DNA of 63,873 nt, the filler included, from Guillardia theta CCMP2712 (taxonomy: Eukaryota; Protista; Cryptophyta): the NCBI RefSeq assembly GCF_000315625.1. It is 5 parts of 5 records of this genome, joined end to end, with 100 filler letters (N's around TTAATTAATTAA, not from the genome) between each part and the next. Parts side by side here need not be neighbours in the genome. Positions count along the whole stretch, not along the records: positions 1 to 24,262 come from NW_005434519.1; 4 more parts are not named here. One strand, written 5' to 3'. This document shows positions 1 to 12,498 of this stretch, piece after piece. The notes under the pieces were generated by a model that saw only the letters and a list, made by a program, of their open reading frames with translations, did no database searches and had not been told where the DNA came from. A program made the position numbers and the translations under genes. Each line of letters begins with the position of its first letter. The first letter of the stretch is position 1.

Positions 1-90
1 TCCTCCCTCCCTCCCTCCCTCCCTCCTTCCCCCTCCCCCCCCCTCCCCCTCCCCCCCATGTTCCTTCCTCCAACTAACACAATTCCTGCA

Positions 91-527
91 GCCTCTCTTT
101 CAAAACATCTATCCGACTACAAACGCACCTACAAGTATGTCGGAGAAGCGTAATCTACCCGCTCCTTCTATGTAAATTCTCTCTCAGCATACTTCACTAC
201 TTCACTTGACTGATCGCTCAGTCGCTTTCACTGTCCGAGGCTGCTGTTGATCTCCGCGATCCATTGCCACTGTAGCTCGGGGGACTATCACACGTGGGAG
301 AGGAAAGAAGCTGGTGGATGTGACATGAAGCGGGGGTTGATTGCCACCGTCGGACTTCTTCATAGGAATGACAGTGAGCAACGAAAGGAGCTCGTGGTAC
401 CTGTACTGGAGATTGCTTACCTCATCGGTCATCGTTTCAGGGAGTTAGAGTATGCCCCCTACTACCGTGAAAGCCGCCCGACGGAGCACAACAGAAGCCT
501 CGGATCGGATCTAGTATCGTCATGCCG
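91..527 (+). repeat. Tail of a preceding copy of the ~7.4-kb tandem unit (last exon ...LSDYKRTYKYVGEA* plus downstream sequence)
   Basis: About 107-300 matches about 8405-8600 and 15725-15920, and 494-527 matches 8602-8635. About 190 bp of extra sequence lies between the two blocks in this copy. Confidence 0.85.
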
Positions 528-1407
528 TCTATGTTGGATGGGATGAGCGAATTGTGCGAGGCTTTCGCGGCTCGCTGTGTGGAGAGCCTCTTGAATGCAT
601 CTTTCATGATTAATCAAGTTCATTGGCCCCCTTGTCCGTCACGGTGAAGCCTGAGACTCACAGAGGAACTCATCCAGCATTCATGACGGAACACAAGTTT
701 CAGGGCCTGTTTGTTAGGCTTGCCAGTACCGTGATCATGATGCCAAAATATATATTTCCTCAAAGTGAATTCAAAATCAGTACGAGGACAATCAGGAGAG
801 TCGAGGAGGCTTGCCCCTGACACTGTCGCAGTAGTAATGCCGCAGACAGCGTACCGCAGTCCGTCACGAGTCGACGCCGCCGGCCGGCCGGGATCACACT
901 GAGTGGCAGCGCGGCCGCGTCGAACGGTCGGGGCGGGGGCCGCCCGCCGGTCGGCGGCGGCGGGGGGGCCGGGCCGGAACTTCGAAAATGAATGGGCCTA
1001 GCTAGCAACCGTGACGCTGAGCCTCGGAGAGCCCCCGGGATCATTGTACTACCGTAAGTTTCAAAGTCAACTTGCCATTTAGCACCGGCAGACCGAACGG
1101 ACGGTCACACAGACTGCTGGGAGGACGCGATCCGCCGGAACCGCGCCGGGCCGCTTCAGCTTTCGGGCCCGTGACTTGGAGTAAACTTGACTCAGCCCTC
1201 CGGCGGGCCCGGCCGGGCCGGCCGGGCCGCCGACCGGGTGCCGCGTCACTGGGGCCCGGGCCGCGGGTTTCAACAAGCAGCTATAGAGGGGGTGTACTTT
1301 CAAATCGGACCCCTCCACGTGAAATTGAGAGCGGGCATTTCAAATAGAACCTCCAATCCTCCTGCTCCGCTCCAAATCCCCTCGAAATCAAGCGCAATTC
1401 GAGCAGC

Positions 1408-4400
1408 ATGTCAGGCAACAGATCCAAGCGAAGGCGCGATGCCGAGATGCACGAGAGCAGACCCTCAAGGCAAAGGACGCGTCAAGGACATGTCCAGGAT
1501 CTACATGCCCCACCTGAAGAGGAAGCGGCGGAGCTGAACCCATGGAATGCTCGAGGGAACGAGAGGGAGATCGCCGCGACGGAGGTAACGGAGATGAGGA
1601 AGAGACTACAAGCAGCGCGAGAAAGCCGCGATGGAGAGAAGATAGCCTTTGCAGAGATAGATTTAGCGAAGGCGAAGCTGGGAGCAGCGAACAAGGCTGG
1701 GGACGAGAGGGTGATCGCGGCAGCAAAAGTCGAGGTCGCGGAGGCGAAGCTGAGAGGGGAGGTCGAGGTCGCGGAGGCGAAACTGGGAGAAGCGAACAAG
1801 GCTGGGGACGAGAGGGTGATCGCGGCGGCGAAAGTCAAGGTCGCGGAGGCGAAGCTGAGAGGGGAGGTCGAGGTCGCGGAGGCGAAACTGGGAGAAGCGA
1901 ACAAGGCTGGGGACGAGAGGAAGATCGCGGAGGTCGAGGTCGCGGAGGCGAAGGCGAAGCTGAGAGGGGAGGTCGAGGACGAGAGGGTGATCGCGGCGGC
2001 GAAAGTCAAGGTCGCGGAGGCGAGGAAGATCGCGGCGGCGAAAGTCAAGGTCGCCGGAGGCGAAGCAGAGAGGGGAGGTCGAGGTCGCGGAGGCGAAGCT
2101 GAGAGAGGAGGTCGAGGTCGCGAAGGCGAAGCAGAGAGGGGAGGTCGAGGTCGCGGAGGCGAAGCTGGGAGCAGCGAACAAGGCTGGGGACGAGAGGAAG
2201 ATCGCGGCGGCGAAAGTCAAGGTCGCGGAGGCGAAGCAGAGAGGGGAGGTCGAGGTCGCGGAGGCGAAGCAGAGAGGGGAGGTCGAGGTCGCGGAGGCGA
2301 AGCAGAGAGGGGAGGTCGAGGTCGCGAAGGCGAAGCTGGGAGCAGCGAACAAGGCTGGGGACGAGAGGGAGATCGAGGCGGCGATAGTCGAGGTCGCGAA
2401 GGCGGAGCTGAGAGGGGAGGTCAAGGTCACGAAGGCGAAGCTGAGAGGGGAGGTCGAGGTCGCGGAGGCGAAGCTGGTTGATGCGCAAACCAAGAATCAG
2501 ACCCAGTTAGTAGATGATTTGCAGCGCTCTTTGTACCTCAATCAGTGCAAGCTTGCAGACTTTGATGCATCGTTGCCTATGCGGTTGGATACGGAAGGTA
2601 ACCTGTACTTGCTGAGATTGTGTGCTGCCGTGCGGAGGGTTGAGGTGGTTTGAAAAGGCGAAGCGCTGAATGTTTTCCTGCAGTGTTGCATGCGGTGTCT
2701 CTCAAGTATCGCATTGCGCTGGGAGAGGTCGTTGACACGCTGAAGAGACACCTAGGCGAAGTGCTGGGATCAAGAACGGGAGCATTCAGCCAAAGGAACC
2801 CCATCGACAAAGTAGTAGCAGAAGCGGGAAGAAAAGCCGGGATTGTTACTTGTATGATCGAGGCATGCTCGGGGAGCGGGAAATCGTTGAGTGCTGTAGA
2901 CTACTTCGTACGAAATCCAAAGACATCGCTTTATTGCTTGTTCGGATACATCCAGGAACAGGATTTATATCTGATTGTACGAGGCATCTCGCACATGATC
3001 AATGCAGCCATCGATCTTGATCTCCAGGCGTGTGATCGCAGGATCGATTACCTTGACCCAACAAAATGCGAGCAGGAAGTCTTGACGATCGACCTGCACG
3101 CGTACAGCTGGAACTTGCTTGGTGTTGTGGGATACCTGCTTGGCAAGACGACGGGCCCAGGAAAGGTGCGCGTGGAGGAAGCAAAGCTGTGGACAGAGAA
3201 GGAGCACCTGTGGGTGTTGGTCGATGAAGCAATCCCGAGGTATCAAGGTATGCCCTGCCGCACTAACGCCTTATGGAGGCTGTTGTTCCTCAAGAGGATG
3301 CTTCGTAATGCAGGCTTTCATTGCATCATGCTGGGTACCAACACTCTGGTGATGAATTTCAACAATGCTTTACAGCAGACGAGAAATAGCCGAGGCAAGA
3401 ACCAAGAGACTATCAAGTGCATCACCCATCGAGCTCTTCCTCCGATGATCCTTCAGTCTGATGAGCAGCGCGATATCCTGAAGCAGGTGTTTGGGGAAGA
3501 GATGATTGAGGGGTTGCTCGACAATGTCAACCCCATGCTCTGCCACCTATTCTTCAAGTATTGGAGTGGTGGACAAGGGAAAGATAGCGCGACCTTGTTT
3601 CGAGATCTAGCAAATCCACTGTTGGCCATAGTACGAGGTGACAAGAAAAGCCTCAAGGACTCATCGTTGTACTGTATGTTTCAGATAGCAACGCACGAAA
3701 GCATGTGCCAGGCGCACATCTTGCAAGGCTTTGGTGTCCTCAATGCTTGGCCGATGAGCCAAGTCCCTGCACGCGGCAGCTCGGAGTCAATCGTTGAGCT
3801 TAAACGGACCGACAATCAGATTGAGATGAATGGGATCGAACTCAACGACTTGACTAGCAAGTTCCCGCCAAGCTGGGTAGACCCCATCACCGTCGCGATC
3901 TGTGCTGGCGGGGGGAGACCTTTCGGGAACAACTCGAGCCTTGAGGTGTTGAGGAGGATCCACCGAGACGCTCTGAAGCCCATGGATGATCCAACAGCAG
4001 TAGATGCGCTGCGCCGAGACGGGAACCTGCTGGAGTCGTTTGGAGGAGTCGTGGTGATGTTGACGAGCTGGGCCGATCCTGAGGACATTCTTTCAACCCT
4101 CAGCCATCATTGCGGAAGGGAAGTGAGAGGCAAAGTGAAGGAGGTGCTTGGTTGCGTGAAGGATGAAGCATCAGCACGGGAGTTCCGCAAAGTCTTGACT
4201 CAGTGCTTCTGTAATCTGATCCCCTTGCGGGACGGTGACGATGAGATGCCTAACCATAAAGCTTTCGGGTACTACACTCGATGCAAGGACAAGCGGAGAC
4301 GGGACGGAGAGTTTGTGGGCCCCGTCCACGGTCCTGATGGCCAAAGCAGCATGAGGGGAGCAGCGGAGTTTAAGAACCGGAGAAAGCCTCTTGGTCAATC

Positions 4401-4704
4401 GCAGCTCACGAAGTTTGTGAAGAAACTAGCCAACGACAATCACAACCTCCTGTTGTTCATGGCTCCGGCGCTAGGAGAGTTCAAGGCTGAGAACATCCTA
4501 CCGACAGATGGAGATGCCACGTGGTTGGTTCTGCATTGGACGATGGACACAACGAAATACTCAGGATGGCACACTGAGGTGTTAGGCGGAAAGGCGAAGT
4601 GCAAAAGTCATAGGATACTGATCCTTATGGAGATCGGGCTGTCAACGAAACCTTTTAGTGAACCGTCGATGCAGCAAGACGAGATGGATGACGAGGACCC
4701 GTGA
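1408..4704 (+). pseudogene. Crinkler(CR)-like NTPase-nuclease gene, copy 1, frameshifted in the repeat header
   Basis: Exons 1408-2597 and 2684-4704 total 3211 nt (3n+1). An extra C near 2055 (gtcgCcggagg versus gtcgcggagg) shifts the frame; a sequencing error is possible. Exon 2 retains Walker A ACSGSGKS, Walker B WVLVDEA and RDG...AEFKN. Confidence 0.75.
2598..2683 (+). other. 86-nt GT-AG intron of CR-like gene copy 1
   Basis: GAAG|GTAACC...GCTGAATGTTTTCCTGCAG|TG, identical to the intron in copies 2 and 3. Confidence 0.85.
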
Positions 4705-4820
4705 AGATGGATGACGAGGACCCGTGAAGGTGGATGACGAGGACCCGTGAAGATGGATGACGAGGACCCGTGAAGATGGATGACGAGGACCCGTGAAGAT
4801 GGATGACGAGGACCCGTGAA
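4683..4820 (+). repeat. 23-bp tandem array (GATGGATGACGAGGACCCGTGAA) x6
   Basis: 138 bp = 6 units. The first unit encodes the C-terminal MDDEDP-stop. Confidence 0.97.
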
Positions 4821-5747
4821 GCAACCGGGAGATGATCGCTCAGAGACGCAGACCAATGAGGGATGCTGGACTCGGTAGAGGAGAACCAGAGACCGAGAAA
4901 AGATGACGAAGCGACGAAGAGGACGTGAGAGCTTTGTTTGTGCTGGTCTTGTCTCATAAGGAAGCTCGCAAGCCTGGACCATAGTAGGGTGAGAAGTCTA
5001 CTGCTTGCCGCAGCCCGGGTAAGGGCGAGGATGCCAACACGCTCTTGCCATGGTAGACTCTCAAGCAAGGCGATTGGTGGGAGCTAGAACGGCCGGGGGA
5101 GGGAGGGGTACCTTGTTGTAACTTGAATACCAGCATTAAAAGTGTGTCTACAATAAACAGCCCTCTGTTCCCAACGTGGTGTAATGTTCTCTCTCTGGCA
5201 GCCGCAGTCGAGCCGCAGTCAAGCACAATATCGTCCTGCCACGAATGTGGGATGCCTATCTCGCCATCACTTCTCGGAGCTTGCATCTTCAGGGCGCGAT
5301 AAGGGTTCAGAGACCGCCGTGGATCCAGGCGGCTTTGCTGCCCTCGGGGAAAATCACATCCCTCCGATGAGCCACCAGATGCGATGCCGAGCTGACCTGT
5401 CTCGCACCGAGTCCCATGGATCTCACTGCATCGCACGTCGCTTGCAACCACGAGAGTCCTCTTTGAGCCTGGCAAGCGCATGCCTGCTCTTGCTCCATCC
5501 CCGTCTGAAGCTTCAGGAGCGCGTGCGACATCGTCAGTGCCGCTGGAGCCAGTTCAAGTACCCACACAGGTGTGGAGCGTGTCGCTGCATCTACACACCA
5601 AGAGCCAAGATGATGCATAAGGCTCCACACACAAAGACCAGAGCAACCGCCACGCAGCGATCACGCATGCACACCTGCTTGATGTGGCGCCCTCAGCGAG
5701 GCTCACGAGTCGCCATGGCCCGCCATTGAAATATGGCTAGGGTACTG

Positions 5748-5850
5748 CATCAACCAGCTTCGCCTTCGCGACCTCTACCTCCGTCAACGTGATCTCCCCC
5801 TCGTTCCCAGCCTTGTTCGCTGCTCGCTACTTCGCTTCCACGACCTGGAG
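5748..5850 (-). pseudogene. Short inverted remnant of the CR-like header repeat
   Basis: catcaaccagcttcgccttcgcgacctc...ccagccttgttcgctgc is the reverse complement of header repeats. It occupies the same position as the longer inverted copy in unit 2. Confidence 0.75.
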
Positions 5851-6198
5851 TCCGCAGATATTGGAGACCATGATGAGGAGCGGTAAGGGAATAGGTCGGA
5901 GATGTTTCAATTGAGGTCAAGGTAATATTGGGTACGGTCGGACCCCAATTGGCCACGAGGACATCGGTGCGAGAGGCTATGGCGCCGGCAAAAACGAGGG
6001 ATAACAAAGAGGGAGGAGGCGGGGGAGCGAGAGACAGGGAGGACATGGCGGCAGAGGGCGAAGGACACGATGCAGGCAAGTCGGCAGGCAAGCATGGCAG
6101 GGCAAATGACCACAACCATGGCGATGAGAAGGTAAGCTAGGTTCCCCCCTGAAGCTCGTGACTTGCCCTGCTCCATTTGCCGGCTTCCATAATCTCCT

Positions 6199-6790
6199 CT
6201 TCTCGCTCTAGTTGACATCAAACTTGATGTGCAATGCTGGGAACGTACTATCATCTCCCGTCCTTGAGCGTACTATCATCTCCCGTCCTTGAACCTCATC
6301 TCCCGTCATTGAACGTGGCTACTTGTTTCATATGGCACACCCCTCGGCATGAGCCCCCACCCCTCCCCATGGCTGAGCCAGCAGTAGCTGCCTGATCTCA
6401 CACGTGCTCGCAGGACTTCGTCTTGGTTGATGTGTTCTCGCAAGTCGTCAAGGTTCCCATCAGGGCAGACACTTCGGTCTCAGACGTCTGCGCCCTTCTC
6501 GCTCTAGTTGACATCAAACTTGATGTGCAATGCTGGGAACGTACTATCATCTCCCGTCCTTGAGCGTACTATCATCTCCCGTCCTTGAACCTCATCTCCC
6601 GTCATTGAACGTGGCTACTTGTTTCATATGGCACACCCCTCGGCATGAGCCCCCACCCCTCCCCATGGCTGAGCCAGCAGTAGCTGCCTGATCTCACACG
6701 TGCTCGCAGGACTTCGTCTTGGTTGATGTGTTCTCGCAAGTCGTCAAGGTTCCCATCAGGGCAGACACTTCGGTCTCAGACGTCTGCGAC
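6199..6790 (+). repeat. 296-bp direct tandem duplication covering the upstream region and 5' end of the Ubl-like gene
   Basis: 6199-6494 recurs at 6495-6790 (cggcATG at 6349 and 6645). Confidence 0.9.
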
Positions 6791-8109
6791 CACCTCGCAT
6801 CGCTATACCCAGAGCTCACCCCAGAGCACCTGTACACTTGTGACGGCTGCGAGTTGATGATGGAGGACTTGCTGTGCGATGTGTGTGTAGCAGGAGAACA
6901 CCTTCTGCTGGCGTTGGGAACAACCGACGATGAGAGGAAAAAGTCTACTGTGCTGAGCTCCCTCGGAATCTTCCATGGGGTTCCCAGGACTGCGTTCCAG
7001 CCGATGCCAGCGAGAGTGACGTCGTCGTCCTCATGTTCCCTCCTGACGGGTCAGTGTATCCTCAACCCGAGGATAGCCTCCTCCTTGAAGAAGCTCTGCA
7101 TAGCAGTGGAGGGAGAGTGCCATTCAAGCCTGACTTATGGGTTGAGGGCTGACTCTGCCCAGAAGCCGCGCGTTCTGACGAGTGTGTGTGTGGACACGTC
7201 GAGCTTGAAGCATCTTGTCGTGGTCGGAGGAAAGTCAAACTTGAAGAGCGTCGGGGACCTCGTCCGATGGGTGAGGGCGAGGATGGGAGGTATCCCTTCC
7301 TAGGTTCGCTTGCATGCGTACGTCTTCTCCAACCTAGGGAGTGATGTTCGCGAGGACGAGAGTGAGAAGGATTGGTTCGAGGAGCTGGATGACAGGTGAA
7401 GGAGTTGTTCTCGTCTTCATCACCTGGTGTTCTGCTGCCAGCACTGCCATCCCGGTGCTGTCCAAGAACGAGAATCTTCTCATCAGTACAGAGGTTACGC
7501 CAGGTTCAAGGACAACATTAGCGACCTGATGCGAACTGACGTGAAATTGTTGATGTCAGTTGTGTTATCGAAGAAGGATTCATTGGTGTGGAAGACAACT
7601 CACGACGGAGGTCAGGCGATGTACGGAAAGAAGGCCCTTGCCTTCGATCCCTTGAGGTTGGACGATTTCAGCTGCCTCGTCGAGAGCCTGGTACCGACCT
7701 CACGACCTCTTGTCCGATGTTGGGGTAAACTGTCACCACAGGCCGACTCCTTCAATTTTTTACACAAGATGCAGCTGTGTGCTACGGAGGTGGCAGGAGT
7801 GGGGACATTTCTCAACGGGGAGGTTCGTTTCAATGGTATCCCAGTGGAAATTCCGTCCTTGCAGGATCTGAGGATCACGTTGCGGATCACCTCGCGCTCC
7901 GAGTCAGCGCACAACGGGGGGAAGAGCCTTGTACTGAGGCCTTACTTTGGGGACGAGAGTGTCTGGTGTCACCTCCCCCCTCACGGCCACGTCCTTCCCT
8001 TCTTCTTCACCGCTGGGCCTAACATGATCTTCACTCCGTGCTTGGAAACGGTCCTGCCTGCCAGCCAGCCTGCCTGCCTGCCTACCTGCCTGTCATTCTC
8101 TTCTTCCTC

Positions 8110-8143
<34 letters not shown>

Positions 8144-8450
8144 GTTGTCGTTGCGTTTTCTCAGCATTCCTTGATTGTATAAAGTCCCTGCTCGTTATGT
8201 GTGCGCTGGAGAAGCTTTCTCTTTCATCTGACGTCAATCGCAGATTGACGTGCTCAGCTGGGCGACGTCTCCTCAGATCAAAGTACTTGTTGTTTTCCCA
8301 CAAAAATGTTCTTCTCACTGCTGTATCAGTCTTTCTCGAAGGACGATCTCATCATTCTCATTTCGAGAATATCAGCGCCCAGGTATGACAACAACAAACC
8401 TTCCTCTATCCGACTACAAACGCACCTACAAGTATGTCGGAGAAGCGTAA
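6645..8450 (+). pseudogene. Ubiquitin-like-domain gene, unit-1 copy, with premature stops
   Basis: Near-identical to 13959-15771, but TTA>TGA near 6689 and TGG>TAG at 7301-7303. Confidence 0.7.
8112..8142 (+). repeat. (TG)n microsatellite
   Basis: Visible directly. The paralogous tract at about 15427-15463 is three units longer. Confidence 0.95.
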
Positions 8451-8940
8451 TCTACCCGCTCCTTCTATGTAAATTCTCTCTCAGCATACTTCACTACTTC
8501 ACTTGACTGATCGCTCAGTCGCTTTCACTGTCCGAGGCTGCTGTTGAGAGTCCGTCCGCGATCCATTGCCACCGTAGCTCGGGGGACTATCACACGTGGG
8601 AGAAGCCTCGGATCGGATCTAGTATCGTCATGCCGACTAACTTGCCATGAACTTTCAGCTTTCGGGCCCGTGACTTGGAGTAAACTTGCCTCGAGAATCC
8701 GGGCCGGGCCCCGGCCGACCGTCCGACCGCCGACCGGGTCACCGTCGGGGCGGCCGGGCCGCGCCGGTCACTGGGGCCCGGGGGGGCCGGTTTACAAGCC
8801 GCGCCCGAGGCTCTATAGAGGGGGTGTACTTTCAAATCGGACCCCGTCCACGTGAAATTGAGAGCGGGCATTTCAAATAGAACCTCCAATCCTCCTGCTC
8901 CGCTCCAAATCCCCTCGAAATCAAGCGCCATTCGAGCAGC

Positions 8941-11900
8941 ATGTCAGGCAACAGATCCAAGCGAAGGCGCGATGCCGAGATGCACGAGAGCAGACCCTCA
9001 AGGCAAAGGACGCGTCAAGGACATGTCCAGGATCTACATGCCCCACCTGAAGAGGAAGCGGCGGAGCTGAACCCATGGAATGCTCGAGGGAACGAGAGGG
9101 AGATCGCCGCGACGGAGGTAACGGAGATGAGGAAGAGACTACAAGCAGCGCGAGAAAGCCGCGATGGAGAGAAGATAGCCTTTGCAGAGATAGATTTAGC
9201 GAAGGCGAAGCTGGGAGCAGCGAACAAGGCTGGGGACGAGAGGGTGATCGCGGCAGCAAAAGTCGAGGTCGCGGAGGCGAAGCTGAGAGGAGAGGTCGAG
9301 GTCGCGGAGGCGAAACTGGGAGAAGCGAACAAGGCTGGGGACGAGAGGGTGATCGCGGCGGCGAAAGTCAAGGTCGCGGAGGCGAAGCAGAGAGGGGAGG
9401 TCGAGGTCGCGGAGGCGAAGCTGAGAGAGGAGGTCGAGGTCGCGAAGGCGAAGCAGAGAGGGGAGGTCGAGGTCGCGGAGGCGAAGCTGGGAGCAGCGAA
9501 CAAGGCTGGGGACGAGAGGGAGATCGCGGCGGCGAAAGTCACGGTCGCGGAGGCGAAGCAGAGAGGGGAGGTCGAGGTCGCGGAGGCGAAGCTGAGAGGG
9601 GAGGTCGAGGTCGCGAAGGCGAAGCAGAGAGGGGAGGTCGAGGTCGCGAAGGCGAAGCTGGGAGCAGCGAACAAGGCTGGGGACGAGAGGAAGATCGCGG
9701 CGGCGAAAGTCGAGGTCGCGGAGGCGAAGCAGAGAGGGGAGGTCGAGGTCGCGGAGGCGAAGCAGAGAGGGGAGGTCGAGGTCGCGGAGGCGAAGCAGAG
9801 AGGGGAGGTCGAGGTCGCGGAGGCGAAGCTGGGAGCAGCGAACAAGGCTGGGGACGAGAGGGAGATCGAGGCGGCGATAGTCGAGGTCGCGAAGGCGGAG
9901 CTGAGAGGGGAGGTCAAGGTCACGAAGGCGAAGCTGAGAGGGGAGGTCGAGGTCGCGGAGGCGAAGCTGGTTGATGCGCAAACCAAGAATCAGACCCAGT
10001 TAGTAGATGATTTGCAGCGCTCTTTGTACCTCAATCAGTGCAAGCTTGCAGACTTTGATGCATCGTTGCCTATGCGGTTGGATACGGAAGGTAACCTGTA
10101 CTTGCTGAGATTGTGTGCTGCCGTGCGGAGGGTTGAGGTGGTTTGAAAAGGCGAAGCGCTGAATGTTTTCCTGCAGTGTTGCATGCGGTGTCTCTCAAGT
10201 ATCGCATTGCGCTGGGAGAGGTCGTTGACACGCTGAAGAGACACCTAGGCGGAGTGCTGGGATCAAGAACGGGAGCATTCAGCCAAAGGAACCCCATCGA
10301 CAAAGTAGTAGCAGAAGCGGGAAGAAAAGCCGGGATTGTTACTTGTATGATCGAGGCATGCTCGGGGAGCGGGAAATCGCTGAGTGCTGTAGACTACTTC
10401 GTACGAAATCCAAAGACATCGCTTTATTGCTTGTTCGGATACATCCAGGAACAGGATTTATATCTGATTGTACGAGGCATCTCGCACATGATCAATGCAG
10501 CCATCGATCTTGATCTCCAGGCGTGTGATCGCAGGATCGATTACCTTGACCCAACAAAATGCGAGCAGGAAGTCTTGACGATCGACCTGCACGCGTACAG
10601 CTGGAACTTGCTTGGTGTTGTGGGATACCTGCTTGGCAAGACGACGGGCCCAGGAAAGGTGCGCGTGGAGGAAGCAAAGCTGTGGACAGAGAAGGAGCAC
10701 CTGTGGGTGTTGGTCGATGAAGCAATCCCGAGGTATCAAGGTATGCCCTGCCGCACTAATGCCTTATGGAGGCTGTTGTTCCTCAAGAGGATGCTTCGTA
10801 ATGCAGGCTTTCATTGCATCATGCTGGGTACCAACACTCTGGTGATGAATTTCAACAATGCTTTACAGCAGACGAGAAATAGCCGAGGCAAGAACCAAGA
10901 GACTATCAAGTGCATCACCCATCGAGCTCTTCCTCCGATGATCCTTCAGTCTGATGAGCAGCGCGATATCCTGAAGCAGGTGTTTGGGGAAGAGATGATT
11001 GAGGGGTTGCTCGACAATGTCAACCCCATGCTCTGCCACCTATTCTTCAAGTATTGGAGAGGTGGACAAGGGAAAGATAGCGCGACCTTGTTTCGAGATC
11101 TAGCAAATCCACTGTTGGCCTTAGTACGAAGTGACAAGAAAAGCCTCAAGGACTCATCGTTGTACTGTATGTTTCAGATAGCAACGCACGAAAGCATGTG
11201 CCAGGCGCACATCTTGCAAGGCTTTGGTGTCCTCAATGCTTGGCCGATGAGCCAAGTCCCTGCACGCGGCAGCTCGGAGTCAATCGTTGAGCTTAAACGG
11301 ACCGACAATCAGATTGAGATGAATGGGATCGAACTCAACGACTTGACTAGCAAGTTCCCGCCAAGCTGGGTAGACCCCATCACCGTCGCGATCTGTGCTG
11401 GCGGGGGGAGACCTTTCGGGAACAACTCGAGCCTTGAGGTGTTGAGGAGGATCCACCGAGACGCTCTGAAGCCCATGGATGATCCAACAGCAGTAGATGC
11501 GCTGCGCCGAGACGGGAACCTGCTGGAGTCGTTTGGAGGAGTCGTGGTGATGTTGACGAGCTGGGCCGATCCTGAGGACATTCTTTCAACCCTCAGCCAT
11601 CATTGCGGAAGGGAAGTGAGAGGCAAAGTGAAGGAGGTGCTTGGTTGCGTGAAGGATGAAGCATCAGCACGGGAGTTCCGCAAAGTCTTGACTCAGTGCT
11701 TCTGTAATCTGATCCCCTTGCGGGACAGTGACGATGAGATGCCTAACCATAAAGCTTTCGGGTACTACATTCGATGCAAGGACAAGCGGAGACGGGACGG
11801 AGAGTTTGTGGGCCCCGTCCACAGTCCTGATGGCCAAAGCAGCATGAGGGGAGCAGCGGAGTTTAAGAACCGGAGAAAGCCTCTTGGTCAATCGCAGCTC

Positions 11901-12197
11901 ACGAAGTTTGTGAAGAAACTAGCCAACGACAATCACAACCTCCTGTTGTTCATGGCTCCGGCGCTAGGAGAGTTCAAGGCTGAGAACATCCTACCGACAG
12001 ATGGAGATGCCACGTGGTTGGTTCTGCATTGGACGATGGACACAACGAAATACTCAGGATGGCACACTGAGGTGTTAGGCGGAAAGGCGAAGTGCAAAAG
12101 TCATAGGATACTGATCCTTATGGAGATCGGGCTGTCAACGAAACCTTTTAGTGAACCATCGATGCAGCAAGACGAGATGGATGACGAGGACCCGTGA
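8941..12197 (+). CDS. Crinkler(CR)-like protein copy 2: Ala/Glu/Lys repeat coiled-coil header, P-loop NTPase, PD-(D/E)xK-like nuclease (1056 aa spliced)
   Basis: Exons 8941-10090 and 10177-12197 total 3171 nt and join in frame (...LDTE-V-LHAVSLK...). Walker A ACSGSGKS, Walker B LWVLVDEA, a downstream strand CIMLGTN, and C-terminal RRDGEF...GAAEFKN. The family call comes from motif architecture, not from a search. Confidence 0.8.
10091..10176 (+). other. 86-nt GT-AG intron joining the header ORF and the NTPase-nuclease ORF
   Basis: Donor AG|GTAAC, branch-like GCTGAA, acceptor TTTTCCTGCAG. Removal restores one reading frame. Confidence 0.88.
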
Positions 12198-12336
12198 AGA
12201 TGGATGACGAGGACCCGTGAAGATGGATGACGAGGACCCGTGAAGATGGATGACGAGGACCCGTGAAGATGGATGACGAGGACCCGTGAAGATGGATGAC
12301 GAGGACCCGTGAAGATGGATGACGAGGACCCGTGAA
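12176..12336 (+). repeat. 23-bp tandem array x7
   Basis: 161 bp = 7 units. Confidence 0.97.
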
Positions 12337-12498
12337 GCAACCGGGAGATGATCGCTCAGAGACGCAGACCAATGAGGGATGCTGGACTCGGTAGAAAAGG
12401 AGAACGAGAGACCGAGAAAAGATGAAGAGACGCTAGATCGATGACGAAGCGACGAAGAGGACGTGAGAGCTTTGTTTGTGCTGGTCTTGTCTGGTAAT

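Larger units (their letters stand above)
1156..8654 (+). repeat. Segmental tandem unit 1 (~7.5 kb): CR-like gene, 23-bp array, inverted header remnant, Ubl-like gene
   Basis: Homologous start codons at 1408, 8941 and 16261 (periods 7533 and 7320 bp). The upstream block tttcgggcccgtgacttggagtaaacttg is shared. Confidence 0.85.

Noticed and set aside
4683-4820. 23-bp arrays (and the 31-bp array at 60096-60801) as CRISPR arrays
   Set aside because: Units are contiguous with no unique spacers, there are no cas genes, and the context is eukaryotic.
9015-9986. Long alternative-frame and antisense ORFs over the header repeats (RGGRGRGGEAE, LRLRDLDL, FASATSTSPL)
   Set aside because: By-products of stop-free 33/72-bp repeats.
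10130-10150. Programmed -1 frameshift or gag-pol-like overlap between ORF1 and ORF2 (GTGGTTTGAAAA)
   Set aside because: There is no canonical slippery heptamer, and a canonical 86-nt GT-AG intron joins the ORFs exactly in frame.
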